A DNA stretch of 37,380 nt from a bacterium (GTDB lineage: Bacteria; Zhuqueibacterota; Zhuqueibacteria; Oceanimicrobiales; Oceanimicrobiaceae). The position numbers and the translations under genes are program-made. The notes below the pieces were generated by a model. It searched no databases and was not told the DNA's origin. It worked only from the letters and a program-made list of their open reading frames with translations. The DNA lies in the NCBI GenBank assembly GCA_046757025.1, contig JBHHXN010000034.1:1-37380 (forward strand), given 5' to 3'. Position 1 is the first letter of the stretch; each line of letters starts with the position of its first letter. Below are positions 1-8,256 of the stretch, piece after piece.

Positions 1-363
1 CTTAATAACGCCTTCTTCGACTTCCCGTTTATCCTCGGAATTCTCCATCTCTTGTTCAACAAGCCCTTCGTACGCCTGTTTTGTTTCCGCATGCGAAAAT
101 TGAAGAGTTCCCGAATGCTTTCGGGACTGGTTATACTTGGTTTCTGTCAGTAGTTCATAAGTCTCGCTGCTTGTGCTTATACCAATCAGAATTCTAATTT
201 TCTCGGTATTCTCCAGCGACTTATAAATAGCATGAAAACCGCTTGTGTAGAAATAGCCAACAAGGCAGTCAAATAGTCTGGTGTCTTTTATTAGCGCTTG
301 AAACCTTGACTTAAGGTTCTTTTCTTCTTCGTTTGTGATAAAAGTTAAATCTGTGTCGGTCAT
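1..363 (-). CDS. N-terminus (121 aa, continues off the window) of a probable PLD-domain + SNF2-type helicase, restriction/defence-associated
   Basis: Manual translation from ATG at 363 is open to base 1: MTDTDLTFITNEEEKNLKSRFQALIKDTRLFDCLVGYFYTSGFHAIYKSLENTEKIRILIGIST...EVEEGVIK. The FD-LVGYF--SGF...KIRILIG pattern resembles the N-terminal PLD-like domain of such helicases. The helicase domain itself is outside the window. Confidence 0.7.
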   Translation of the reverse strand, partial: MTDTDLTFITNEEEKNLKSRFQALIKDTRLFDCLVGYFYTSGFHAIYKSLENTEKIRILIGISTSSETYELLTETKYNQSRKHSGTLQFSHAETKQAYEGLVEQEMENSEDKREVEEGVIK

Positions 364-607
364 ATTATTGTTTTCTCAATATAGGACCTTAACAAAGATA
401 TTATATCGGGAAGTCCATTTTTTTGAAGATTCATCGACACCAAACAAGGCACTTAAAAATGAAGAATTATTTTATTCTAATTAAATCTCACCTAAGTACG
501 AATTATGAGAATTAAAAATCTATCATTCCAAAAGAATTCATTTGTTAGAAAAGAAGGAGACATCCCTTAAACCACATCCATGAATTAAATACACTACCCC
601 AATTGAA

Positions 608-765
608 ACCTGTATTGAGCGATTTAAGCTTGTCTAAACTCCCAATCGGGTTGTTTTTTAATGAGAGTGGGTGTTCATGCTTTCGCGTGTTTCGCCCCAT
701 TCACTACGGTGAGTTGAAGCATGAACACCGACCTTCCCGCCGATGATGAATCGCTCAGTTCCGGT
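608..765. repeat. MITE/REP-like element, ACC...GGT family, copy 1
   Basis: Terminal inverted repeats ACCTGTATTGAGCGATT (608-624) and AATCGCTCAGTTCCGGT (749-765), 14/17 match. Inner perfect IR GGTGTTCATGCTT (670-682) / AAGCATGAACACC (717-729). Confidence 0.75.
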
Positions 766-817
766 GAAATAAAATAAATATTTCAGTCAAAAAAGTCAAC
801 GGTTTACCAGCGACAAC

Positions 818-3800
818 TCAAATCGCCTCCACAAAATCATCGCTGACTTCTTTCGGGGTCGGCGGTTTCAGTTTTTTCACCATGTTGCCGTAGCGGTGGT
901 CGATTTTAAAACCAAATTTGTAAAAATACTCAGGCCGTAAAAATCCAACGGTGACGGTGGTAATGCCCTGGCTTTGGATGCGGTTAAAAAATTCCCTCAG
1001 CAAGCCGTCGCTCACGCCTTTTTTGCGGTGGCGTTCTTCCACGACGATCTTTTCCAGATGCGTATGCTCGGTGTCGGTGGGGCGGTAGAACAAACCGCCG
1101 ATGACCTGGGAATTTTCATTCAGCGCCACTAAATATTTATGGTCTGGTTGAAATTGCACAGGCAATTTGGCGATTTTAAACAAGCGGTGCAGACGGGCGA
1201 TTTCTTTGGGTGTGGCTGGATGGCGAATACTCACTTCGTTGCCATCGTGATCCTCGATGAACAACACCAAGTCGGTTTTTTGCATGCCTTCTGACGCCAA
1301 TGAAATCAACTGTGCCGAGTCAGTGGGGCTCAAATGCGGGTAGGTCATGCGTGCCAGGAAAAACTCCTCTTCGGTTGAAAATTTGACGCGATTGCGCAGC
1401 GCCGCGATCTTTTCAAGTAACTTGTCATCTGAGAGATCGTTATTTTTAATTTTGCGCACAATTTCGTTGAGGCCATGGTGTATTTTTTGATGGCTGTTTT
1501 GGAAAATGGTGTCCCTGAACAATTGCACTCTGGCGCCAGGATATTCCTTTTCAAGCTTTTCCAGCATGTAGGTGTTGTGCAAGTCCTGCAGGGTTTGCAT
1601 TTTCGCCTGGGGAGTGGCAGCGGGATTCAATTGCATCCAGCGTGAGTACCGTTGAATGGCGAAATGCAACCGATTTGGCAGAAAGCCTTTTTCGTGTACT
1701 GTTTCCAGAAAATTCGTGAGTTTTTGTTTCAAAAGTTTGTGGTCGGCCTCGGAAAGGGTGTTTTTATTTTCGAGAAGAGATTGTTCCAGAATTCTGGTAC
1801 CTTCTTTCTCTCCGAGCACTTCGAGAAAGGCTGAAAAAATCACGCTCCAACGGCATTTACCTTTAAGTTTTTCATAGGAATTTTCCACCGAATCGATGAA
1901 ATTATGTCGAAAAGAAAGAATCATTTTTGAGATAGATTCAAACGGTTTACGATGAGAAATGGACACGATTCGGAAGCCCACCTGGTAATCATGCGACGGA
2001 ACAATGACGTTGGCCGGTTTGGGATCGGCGATTTCCAGAGTGCGGCTGGTGCGATTCCAGAAATCGACGTAAGCGCTCAAGCCACTCCAGGCAAAATAAG
2101 GCCAGATAAGCTGCATCCGGTCCACCCATTCTGCTTCAGGGTGCCGGGCCAACCGTTTTAAAAATTTTTCAACCGTGTCGCCTGGAATGAATTCCTCGGT
2201 CCACAAATCGTATTCCGGCCAGTAGCCGCCGAAATCCTCCACCAGTGGACTTCTATCTTCGGAAGCGCCTGCACAAATTAGCCAGGTAATTTCGGATTCG
2301 ACTTCTTCTACCGATAAGGTTTTTCGGAGGTTCAAAGCCAAATCAAATGCGCCGTAGTGTCGGGTTTGTACAGAGACCCGATACACCGTTTTACCGTGCA
2401 GGGCGCCCAGAAAACTCACCCAGATACCTTTGTGGGGGATATCTTGCAAACGCAATAATGTGCCGCGGGAAAACAGAAAGATGGCCTCCCGCAACAGGGA
2501 AGTTTTTTGAATCGCTTGAAAGATTTTATTTTGGTCGCTTTCATCTAGTGCTTCTTCAAAGGTAATGACATCTTGCCAGCGGTATTCCTGTGCGGTTTCG
2601 CGATCCACGGCAATTCTTTGATTTGGTCCCAACCATTCACGGAATTTGGTTTGCAAGCGCTCGTAGCAGGATTTTGCATAGCTGGTAATGGTGTCATCAG
2701 ATTCCGAAATTGACCATTTGATTAATTCGGTTCGGATAGATTTAAACCAGATGGGATGGGCAATTCCATACGAGGTCAGAAAGTTTAACATATACAAAAT
2801 GAAATTCTTTGATTTTACATCGCTCGGTGGAGTTGTTTGTTTTAAATATTTTTCCAACAACTTGAAAAAGATGTAAATTTGTTGTTTACTTAATTCGATT
2901 TCACTAATTTCTGCAATGCTATCGTCATCGACACTGGGTTTGGCAGTATATAAAAAGCGCTTCAACACGGTTTCAAATAATTCCCCTTTAGCATTGGAGA
3001 TCAAAACCTGGAAGGCTTGCTTTTTTATGCGACCTTCTTCGTAGTTCGATAAGCGCAGCAATATCAGCATTGCCAGCGTGGCCAACTGTTCATTTTTATC
3101 CTGCACAATCGATTCCAGGTAACGCATGGCCGCGGTAATTTTACTTTTGTCAAGCGTATTCAAGATATAGGCAGAGTAGTGAATGCCTTGAATGTCTTTT
3201 ATGTTATGCTCAAGAAACCGCTGATACTTTTTTTCTTCGAGGTCGCTGATTTGGCATTTTTCGCATTGAATGTCATATTGTAAATCGCTCAGCAGATTTG
3301 TGGTGGCGTGCGTCAGGTTGAAAATGGAATCGCCCACAAAATTGACGAAATCGATGTTTCCTAACCAGAGAATGGGATTGCTCATTGTTGCGCCCAGATC
3401 TACGTACTTTAATTTTGTTGTATAGAGAAAATTACCGACGCAAATTTGATTAGGCTCACCCGCCTGTACGGCAATTCGTAACTTTCGATTGCCGGGCTTC
3501 ACCACGAGGGTATGCTCTTTTAGTTTAAGGTCTTCGGCTGTCAGTCCTTGCTCTCTTAAAAACCAGTTTGGAATTCTTATTTCAAAATCGTCCACTAAAA
3601 AACACTGATAGTATTTACGGTACATTTCTTTAATAACGTCTTTGAAATGGTCCTCTACCACTTTCCTCTTGAAAGTGCCTTTGGCCGTCAATTCCCCTCG
3701 TTTGGGATCAAATTCCCGCTCGATAATTGAGAAATTCACAATGCGTTCAAAGGGCGCTAAAAATCGGTTGACGGACACAATCAGGGAATTGAAAAATTCC

Positions 3801-5635
3801 CTGATTTCTTCCGGGCTCATGCTGGCGTAATCTAGTTGATCGTAATCATAATTCGGGTAAATGAGTAAAGTGTTGTAAGGCCGGTGGTCGCCCACTAAAA
3901 AAACCTGTTTTACGGATTCAAAATCGAGAAACATGTTTTCAATTTTCTGCGGCGCAATGGATTCCCCGCGAATGTTTTTATAAATATCCTTTTTGCGATC
4001 CAAAATCTCGTAGAATCCCTCTTGGTCCACCGAAAAAATATCGCCTGTATGGAACCAGCCGTCTTTAATGCCGGAAGTGGAATCTTCCAGATAACCTTTC
4101 ATCACATAAGGCCCCCTGACCCACATTTCCCCGTCTTCTGCCAGCATGATTTCGATGCCCGGCAAGGCTTTGCCCACGGAATTGTCCCGATATTGTGAAG
4201 GCGGCGTCATGGTGATGCCGCCGGTGGCCTCGGTCATGCCAAAACCGCTCATCAATTCCAATCCATTTCGTTGGAAAAATTTGAAGATGTCGGGATCTAA
4301 ATAGCCGGCCGCGGAAAGACCCCATCTGAGCTTGCCGCCGGTTAATTTTGCCAACTGGTGTTGAATTTCCGAAGTGGACGCGCTGTGGATGTCTATTTTT
4401 TCCTGCAATTTGTCGTATATTTGCATCCACTTTTTGGGAATGCTGATGAATACCGTGGGTTTGACTTTTTGAAAATTTTCAAGCATGGTTTCCAGTTTGG
4501 GATTCTCCATAAAGACGTAAGTGCTACCCCAGAAGAGGCAGCCCATCATTTCAAAAAAACGGCCAAAGGTGTGAAAAAGCGGCAGATAGCACAGAAATAC
4601 GTCCTTATCGCTGATTTCAGGTAAAGCGATAGCGCGAGCGAAGCGCTTGCTAACGATGTTCAACTGCGTGAACATGATGCCTTTGGGCGTCTCCGTAGTG
4701 CCTGAAGTGTACATGATGGTAGCCAGGTCATCGATTTTAACATTTTTCATAGCCTGTTCAATTTCTTGTTGTGAAACACTTTCCGCAGCCTGTAAGAATT
4801 CAGTGAAAATGAGCACATCGTCATTTTTAAATTCGCTTCCAGGCTGCAGGATGATGAGGTGTTTTAGATATTTGAGATGGCTGCGACAGGTTTGCACTTT
4901 GCCCAACTGCTCGTCATTTGATACAAACAGTATTTGTGCTTTTGAGTGATTGAGGATATACTCTACCTGCGAAGTAATCGAGTTGGCCGGAATCAAAACG
5001 TTGATCTGGCCGCTGCACAAACAGGCCAGATCCAGGCAGGCTATTTCGAGGCTGTTTTCCGAAAGTACTGCAAAAATGCAGGGTTCTGACGATTGCCTGG
5101 AATAAGCCAACAACGCCCGCGCCATCTGGTTTACTTTTTCGTCTATTTCTTGCCAGGAATAATCCTTTGATTTGTGATTATTAAGAACTCGAAACAGCGT
5201 TTTTTGTGCGTACAAATTTTTTCGCTGCTGGAAAAGACGGCCCGTGGTGAAATGCGTTTCCCGGATGATCGACAGCAGCAAATAAAACCAGGCCTGGCCT
5301 TTATTCTCTTGGTCAATTTGCTGTAGTAAAAAATTTACTCGGGACATGTCGAGAAATTTATTAAGCAAGTGTTTAATGCTGTTTTTAATGTCATTTTGCG
5401 AAATTTTGTATTTCCGAAGTAAAGTCGCGGCAAGCTGAAAAAGAAAATCAATCCCTTCCGAAGATATCAGCGCTTTAAGGGCTGTTTCATTAAAAACGAG
5501 CTTTTGAAGCAATTTTTCGATTTCGGGCATGGATAACCGTGCGTCGTCACATCGAATGAAATTGGAAAGTTGTTCGATTACGGATTTGGCATTTGTAGTG
5601 CTTTTGTTTTCACGAGTCATTTTAACACCCTTCAT
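818..5635 (-). CDS. Multidomain protein: AMP-forming long-chain acyl-CoA synthetase + helical region + kinase-like domain + C-terminal GNAT acetyltransferase
   Basis: ANL motifs IMYTSGTTETPKG, GFGMTEAT, GWFHTGD, ILDRKKD. Kinase-like motifs LWTEEFIPGDTV and IADPKPANVIV. GNAT motif A VVEERHRKKGVSDGLL and motif B FYKFGF. Confidence 0.85.
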   Translation of the reverse strand: MKGVKMTRENKSTTNAKSVIEQLSNFIRCDDARLSMPEIEKLLQKLVFNETALKALISSEGIDFLFQLAATLLRKYKISQNDIKNSIKHLLNKFLDMSRVNFLLQQIDQENKGQAWFYLLLSIIRETHFTTGRLFQQRKNLYAQKTLFRVLNNHKSKDYSWQEIDEKVNQMARALLAYSRQSSEPCIFAVLSENSLEIACLDLACLCSGQINVLIPANSITSQVEYILNHSKAQILFVSNDEQLGKVQTCRSHLKYLKHLIILQPGSEFKNDDVLIFTEFLQAAESVSQQEIEQAMKNVKIDDLATIMYTSGTTETPKGIMFTQLNIVSKRFARAIALPEISDKDVFLCYLPLFHTFGRFFEMMGCLFWGSTYVFMENPKLETMLENFQKVKPTVFISIPKKWMQIYDKLQEKIDIHSASTSEIQHQLAKLTGGKLRWGLSAAGYLDPDIFKFFQRNGLELMSGFGMTEATGGITMTPPSQYRDNSVGKALPGIEIMLAEDGEMWVRGPYVMKGYLEDSTSGIKDGWFHTGDIFSVDQEGFYEILDRKKDIYKNIRGESIAPQKIENMFLDFESVKQVFLVGDHRPYNTLLIYPNYDYDQLDYASMSPEEIREFFNSLIVSVNRFLAPFERIVNFSIIEREFDPKRGELTAKGTFKRKVVEDHFKDVIKEMYRKYYQCFLVDDFEIRIPNWFLREQGLTAEDLKLKEHTLVVKPGNRKLRIAVQAGEPNQICVGNFLYTTKLKYVDLGATMSNPILWLGNIDFVNFVGDSIFNLTHATTNLLSDLQYDIQCEKCQISDLEEKKYQRFLEHNIKDIQGIHYSAYILNTLDKSKITAAMRYLESIVQDKNEQLATLAMLILLRLSNYEEGRIKKQAFQVLISNAKGELFETVLKRFLYTAKPSVDDDSIAEISEIELSKQQIYIFFKLLEKYLKQTTPPSDVKSKNFILYMLNFLTSYGIAHPIWFKSIRTELIKWSISESDDTITSYAKSCYERLQTKFREWLGPNQRIAVDRETAQEYRWQDVITFEEALDESDQNKIFQAIQKTSLLREAIFLFSRGTLLRLQDIPHKGIWVSFLGALHGKTVYRVSVQTRHYGAFDLALNLRKTLSVEEVESEITWLICAGASEDRSPLVEDFGGYWPEYDLWTEEFIPGDTVEKFLKRLARHPEAEWVDRMQLIWPYFAWSGLSAYVDFWNRTSRTLEIADPKPANVIVPSHDYQVGFRIVSISHRKPFESISKMILSFRHNFIDSVENSYEKLKGKCRWSVIFSAFLEVLGEKEGTRILEQSLLENKNTLSEADHKLLKQKLTNFLETVHEKGFLPNRLHFAIQRYSRWMQLNPAATPQAKMQTLQDLHNTYMLEKLEKEYPGARVQLFRDTIFQNSHQKIHHGLNEIVRKIKNNDLSDDKLLEKIAALRNRVKFSTEEEFFLARMTYPHLSPTDSAQLISLASEGMQKTDLVLFIEDHDGNEVSIRHPATPKEIARLHRLFKIAKLPVQFQPDHKYLVALNENSQVIGGLFYRPTDTEHTHLEKIVVEERHRKKGVSDGLLREFFNRIQSQGITTVTVGFLRPEYFYKFGFKIDHRYGNMVKKLKPPTPKEVSDDFVEAI

Positions 5636-5674
5636 GAGAACTTATTGCAAAAAGTTCGAAAATCGATTTATTCT

Positions 5675-5703
5675 AATTTAACAGGATTCCGGGCGAAATA
5701 CAA
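5675..5703 (-). promoter_or_regulatory. Putative sigma70 promoter of the 1605-aa gene
   Basis: Minus strand TTGTAT-17 nt-TAAATT with an extended -10 TG, about 40 nt upstream of the ATG. Confidence 0.45.
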
Positions 5704-5712
5704 TTTATTTTT

Positions 5713-5821
5713 ACCTAAATTGAGCGATTCCTGACCGGGGGGGGTGTGTTGGTGTAAGGGGAAAAACACGCTGCAGCGTGAACACCGAAATTCTCCCTCC
5801 CCAAAATCGCTCAATTTCGGT
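5713..5821. repeat. MITE/REP-like element, ACC...GGT family, copy 2
   Basis: TIRs ACCTAAATTGAGCGATT (5713-5729) and AATCGCTCAATTTCGGT (5805-5821), 16/17 match. Inner palindrome CACGCTGCAGCGTG (5767-5780). 5758-5786 is the reverse complement of 670-698 at 23/29. Confidence 0.8.
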
Positions 5822-5916
5822 ACACCTATTTTTTAAATAAAATTCAATGCGCAAAGATTTCTAAACCATCAAATGAAGAAGTGATTTGACCTGCAACCAA
5901 ACGCGTATTATTTTAC

Positions 5917-5945
5917 TTGCATTTGCATTAAATAAATGCTATTTT
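5917..5945 (+). promoter_or_regulatory. Possible sigma70 promoter upstream of trxB
   Basis: TTGCAT-17 nt-TATTTT in an AT-rich intergenic region. Confidence 0.3.
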
Positions 5946-6051
5946 TTGGCATTCAATTTGAATGGCTGCTTCCCCCGTTCTGGTGATTTCGTGCGGGGGA
6001 TGTTTGTATAATCATGATTTATGCTGAAAGGAAAGGAGCAGAAATCGATCA

Positions 6052-6987
6052 ATGTCAAATAACGAAATTCGTAACGTCATCATCATCGGCTCGGGCCCGG
6101 CCGGCTACACAGCAGCTACGTACAACGCACGCGCCAATCTGGCACCGCTGGTGTTCGCGGGTCCGGAGCCCGGCGGTCAGTTGACTTTAACCACGGATGT
6201 AGAAAATTTCCCCGGGTTTCCCAACGGTGTGATGGGGCCGGACTTGATGAATGCCTTTAAACAGCAGGCGGAAAAATTTGGCGCCGAAGTGGTCTGGGAC
6301 GCGGTTACAAAAGTGGACTTTTCCCAACGGCCCTTTTCGATTTTTGTGGACGCTACCGAATATAAAAGTCATGCCGTGATCATTGCCGCAGGGGCTTCAG
6401 CGCAGATGCTGGGACTTGAATCGGAAAAGAAACTATTGGGTCACGGTGTTTCCACCTGTGCGGTTTGCGACGGCGCTTTTTATCGCGACCAAGACGTGCT
6501 GGTGGTGGGCGGCGGCGACACTGCCATGGAAGATTCGATTTTTCTAACCAAATTCGCCCGGCGCGTGGATGTGGTGCACCGCCGAGACCAGCTACGGGCC
6601 TCTAAAATCATGCAGGAGCGAGCACTGAAAAATGAGAAACTAAATTTTATATGGGACTCGGTGATCGAGGAAATTCATGACGTCGATAAAATGACCGTCA
6701 CCGGTGTGACCTTGAAAAATGTCAAAACCGGTGAGCGCACCGAGAAAGCCGTGCAGGGGGTGTTTATTGCCATCGGTCACAAACCCAACACGGAAATATT
6801 TAAAGGCCAGATCGACATGGACGACGTGGGTTACCTTAAAACTCACAATCGAACCATGACCAATGTGGAAGGCGTGTTTGCGGCTGGCGACGTGGTGGAT
6901 TTTTACTACCGCCAGGCCATTACCGCTGCGGGCATGGGCTGCATGGCCGCCATCGATGCAGAAAGGTGGCTGGAGGTACAGGAATGA
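6052..6987 (+). CDS. trxB: Thioredoxin-disulfide reductase
   Basis: IIGSGPAGYTAA, GGQLTLTTDVENFPG, active site CAVCDG, VGGGDTAMED, HRRDQLRAS, GVFAAGDV...RQAITAAG. Confidence 0.97.
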   Translation: MSNNEIRNVIIIGSGPAGYTAATYNARANLAPLVFAGPEPGGQLTLTTDVENFPGFPNGVMGPDLMNAFKQQAEKFGAEVVWDAVTKVDFSQRPFSIFVDATEYKSHAVIIAAGASAQMLGLESEKKLLGHGVSTCAVCDGAFYRDQDVLVVGGGDTAMEDSIFLTKFARRVDVVHRRDQLRASKIMQERALKNEKLNFIWDSVIEEIHDVDKMTVTGVTLKNVKTGERTEKAVQGVFIAIGHKPNTEIFKGQIDMDDVGYLKTHNRTMTNVEGVFAAGDVVDFYYRQAITAAGMGCMAAIDAERWLEVQE

Positions 6988-7250
6988 AAATCAATGTTCG
7001 CTGGTTGATTCAGGCTCTGGCTTTTATCGGCTGCATTTTCAGTTTCATTCAAATCTGGGAAAGATCGAAAAATATCTTCCACGTACAAATGAAGGTGGAT
7101 TTCATTGGTCTGTCATTGTTTGGCGCCTTATTTTTGCTCTGTTTTCTGGTCATGGCCATCACCAGTTATTTGAAGCAAAAAACGAACGGTACGCTCAGGA
7201 ATCCGATTCCCCTGTTTGAGAAAGTGCTTGCAAAATTTGGATGGGCGTGA
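6984..7250 (+). CDS. Small two-TM hypothetical membrane protein (about 88 aa)
   Basis: ATG overlaps the trxB stop (ATGA at 6984-6987) with GGAGG upstream. Two hydrophobic segments (WLIQALAFIGCIFSFIQIW; FIGLSLFGALFLLCFLVMAITSYL). Confidence 0.7.
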   Translation: MKINVRWLIQALAFIGCIFSFIQIWERSKNIFHVQMKVDFIGLSLFGALFLLCFLVMAITSYLKQKTNGTLRNPIPLFEKVLAKFGWA

Positions 7251-7283
7251 CAGAATGCAGATTCTCAAAACCAACAGTGATTC

Positions 7284-8129
7284 GTGATGAAATTTGGCGC
7301 CCATGTTTCCATAGCCGGCGGGGTGTTCAATGCTCCCCAAAATGGCGAAGAGTCCACTTGCGACGTGGTGCAAATATTCACTAAAAATCAAATGCAGTGG
7401 AAAGTGAAAGCCCTGGGTGAGGAGGACGCGGAAAAATTAAAAGCCGAAGAGCAGCGAACCGGCGTCAAAGTCGTTTGCGTACACGCGTCTTATTTGATCA
7501 ATCTCGGTGGATTTGATGCACAGAAGTTACAAATGTCGCGGGAAAATTTCATCATCGAGATGCAGCGCGCGGAAACCCTGGGCATTCCGTATTTAGTGGT
7601 GCATCCGGGTTCACACATGGGTAAAGGCGAAGACAAGGGATTGCAACGAATCGCAGAAAGTTTGAATTTCGTGCTCGAAGCCTGTCCCGATTTCAAAGTG
7701 AAAATCCTTTTGGAGACCACCGCTGGCCAGGGAGACCATCTTGGCTATCGATTTGAGCATTTAGCTGCCATAAAATCGCTAGTGGAAAATAAAGAAAAAA
7801 TCGGCGTTTGTGTGGATACCTGCCACATTTTTGCCGCGGGTTACGAATTGCGAACACAAACTGGCTACGCCGAGACCCGCAAGCAGCTGAGCGAAATCAT
7901 TGGTTTAGAAGATGTTGGAATAATTCATTCAAATGATTCTTTAAAAGCCTTCGGCAGCCGCCGTGATCGCCATGCTCACATCGGCGACGGTGAAATCGGT
8001 CTCGACGGCTTTGCGCATTTTGTGAACGATCCCGTTTGGCAGGATATTCCGATGATCATAGAGACGCCCGGGGGCGCTAAAAAGGACCTGGAGAATTTAG
8101 CGAAACTGCGCAGTCTGGTTAAAAACTGA
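7284..8129 (+). CDS. nfo: Endonuclease IV (AP endonuclease 2)
   Basis: GAHVSIAGG, HASYLINL, VHPGSH, LLETTAGQG, CVDTCHIFAAGY, NDS...RDRHAHIGDGEIG, IETP. Confidence 0.96.
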   Translation: MMKFGAHVSIAGGVFNAPQNGEESTCDVVQIFTKNQMQWKVKALGEEDAEKLKAEEQRTGVKVVCVHASYLINLGGFDAQKLQMSRENFIIEMQRAETLGIPYLVVHPGSHMGKGEDKGLQRIAESLNFVLEACPDFKVKILLETTAGQGDHLGYRFEHLAAIKSLVENKEKIGVCVDTCHIFAAGYELRTQTGYAETRKQLSEIIGLEDVGIIHSNDSLKAFGSRRDRHAHIGDGEIGLDGFAHFVNDPVWQDIPMIIETPGGAKKDLENLAKLRSLVKN

Positions 8130-8256
8130 AAATTCAACTTGAAAATTTAGTATGTTGAGTAGGACTTGCGCGAGCACTTCGTGCCCAGTTAAGCGCTGAG
8201 GCTTGATTGAGCACGATGCCGTATTTTATTTTCATCAAGTTTAAAGATATAGATTT

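Noticed and set aside
608..765. 6S RNA-like long hairpin with a central bubble
   Set aside because: Size and shape are suggestive, but a homologous shorter copy with the same termini exists at 5713-5821 and the inner stem is REP-like. An Rfam scan would settle it.
5965..6001. TCCCCCGT/GCGGGGGA hairpin upstream of trxB as a riboswitch or ncRNA
   Set aside because: Single stem with no recognisable aptamer motif.
6450..6475. CAVC instead of CATC in TrxB
   Set aside because: CxxC is intact and this is within ordinary variation.
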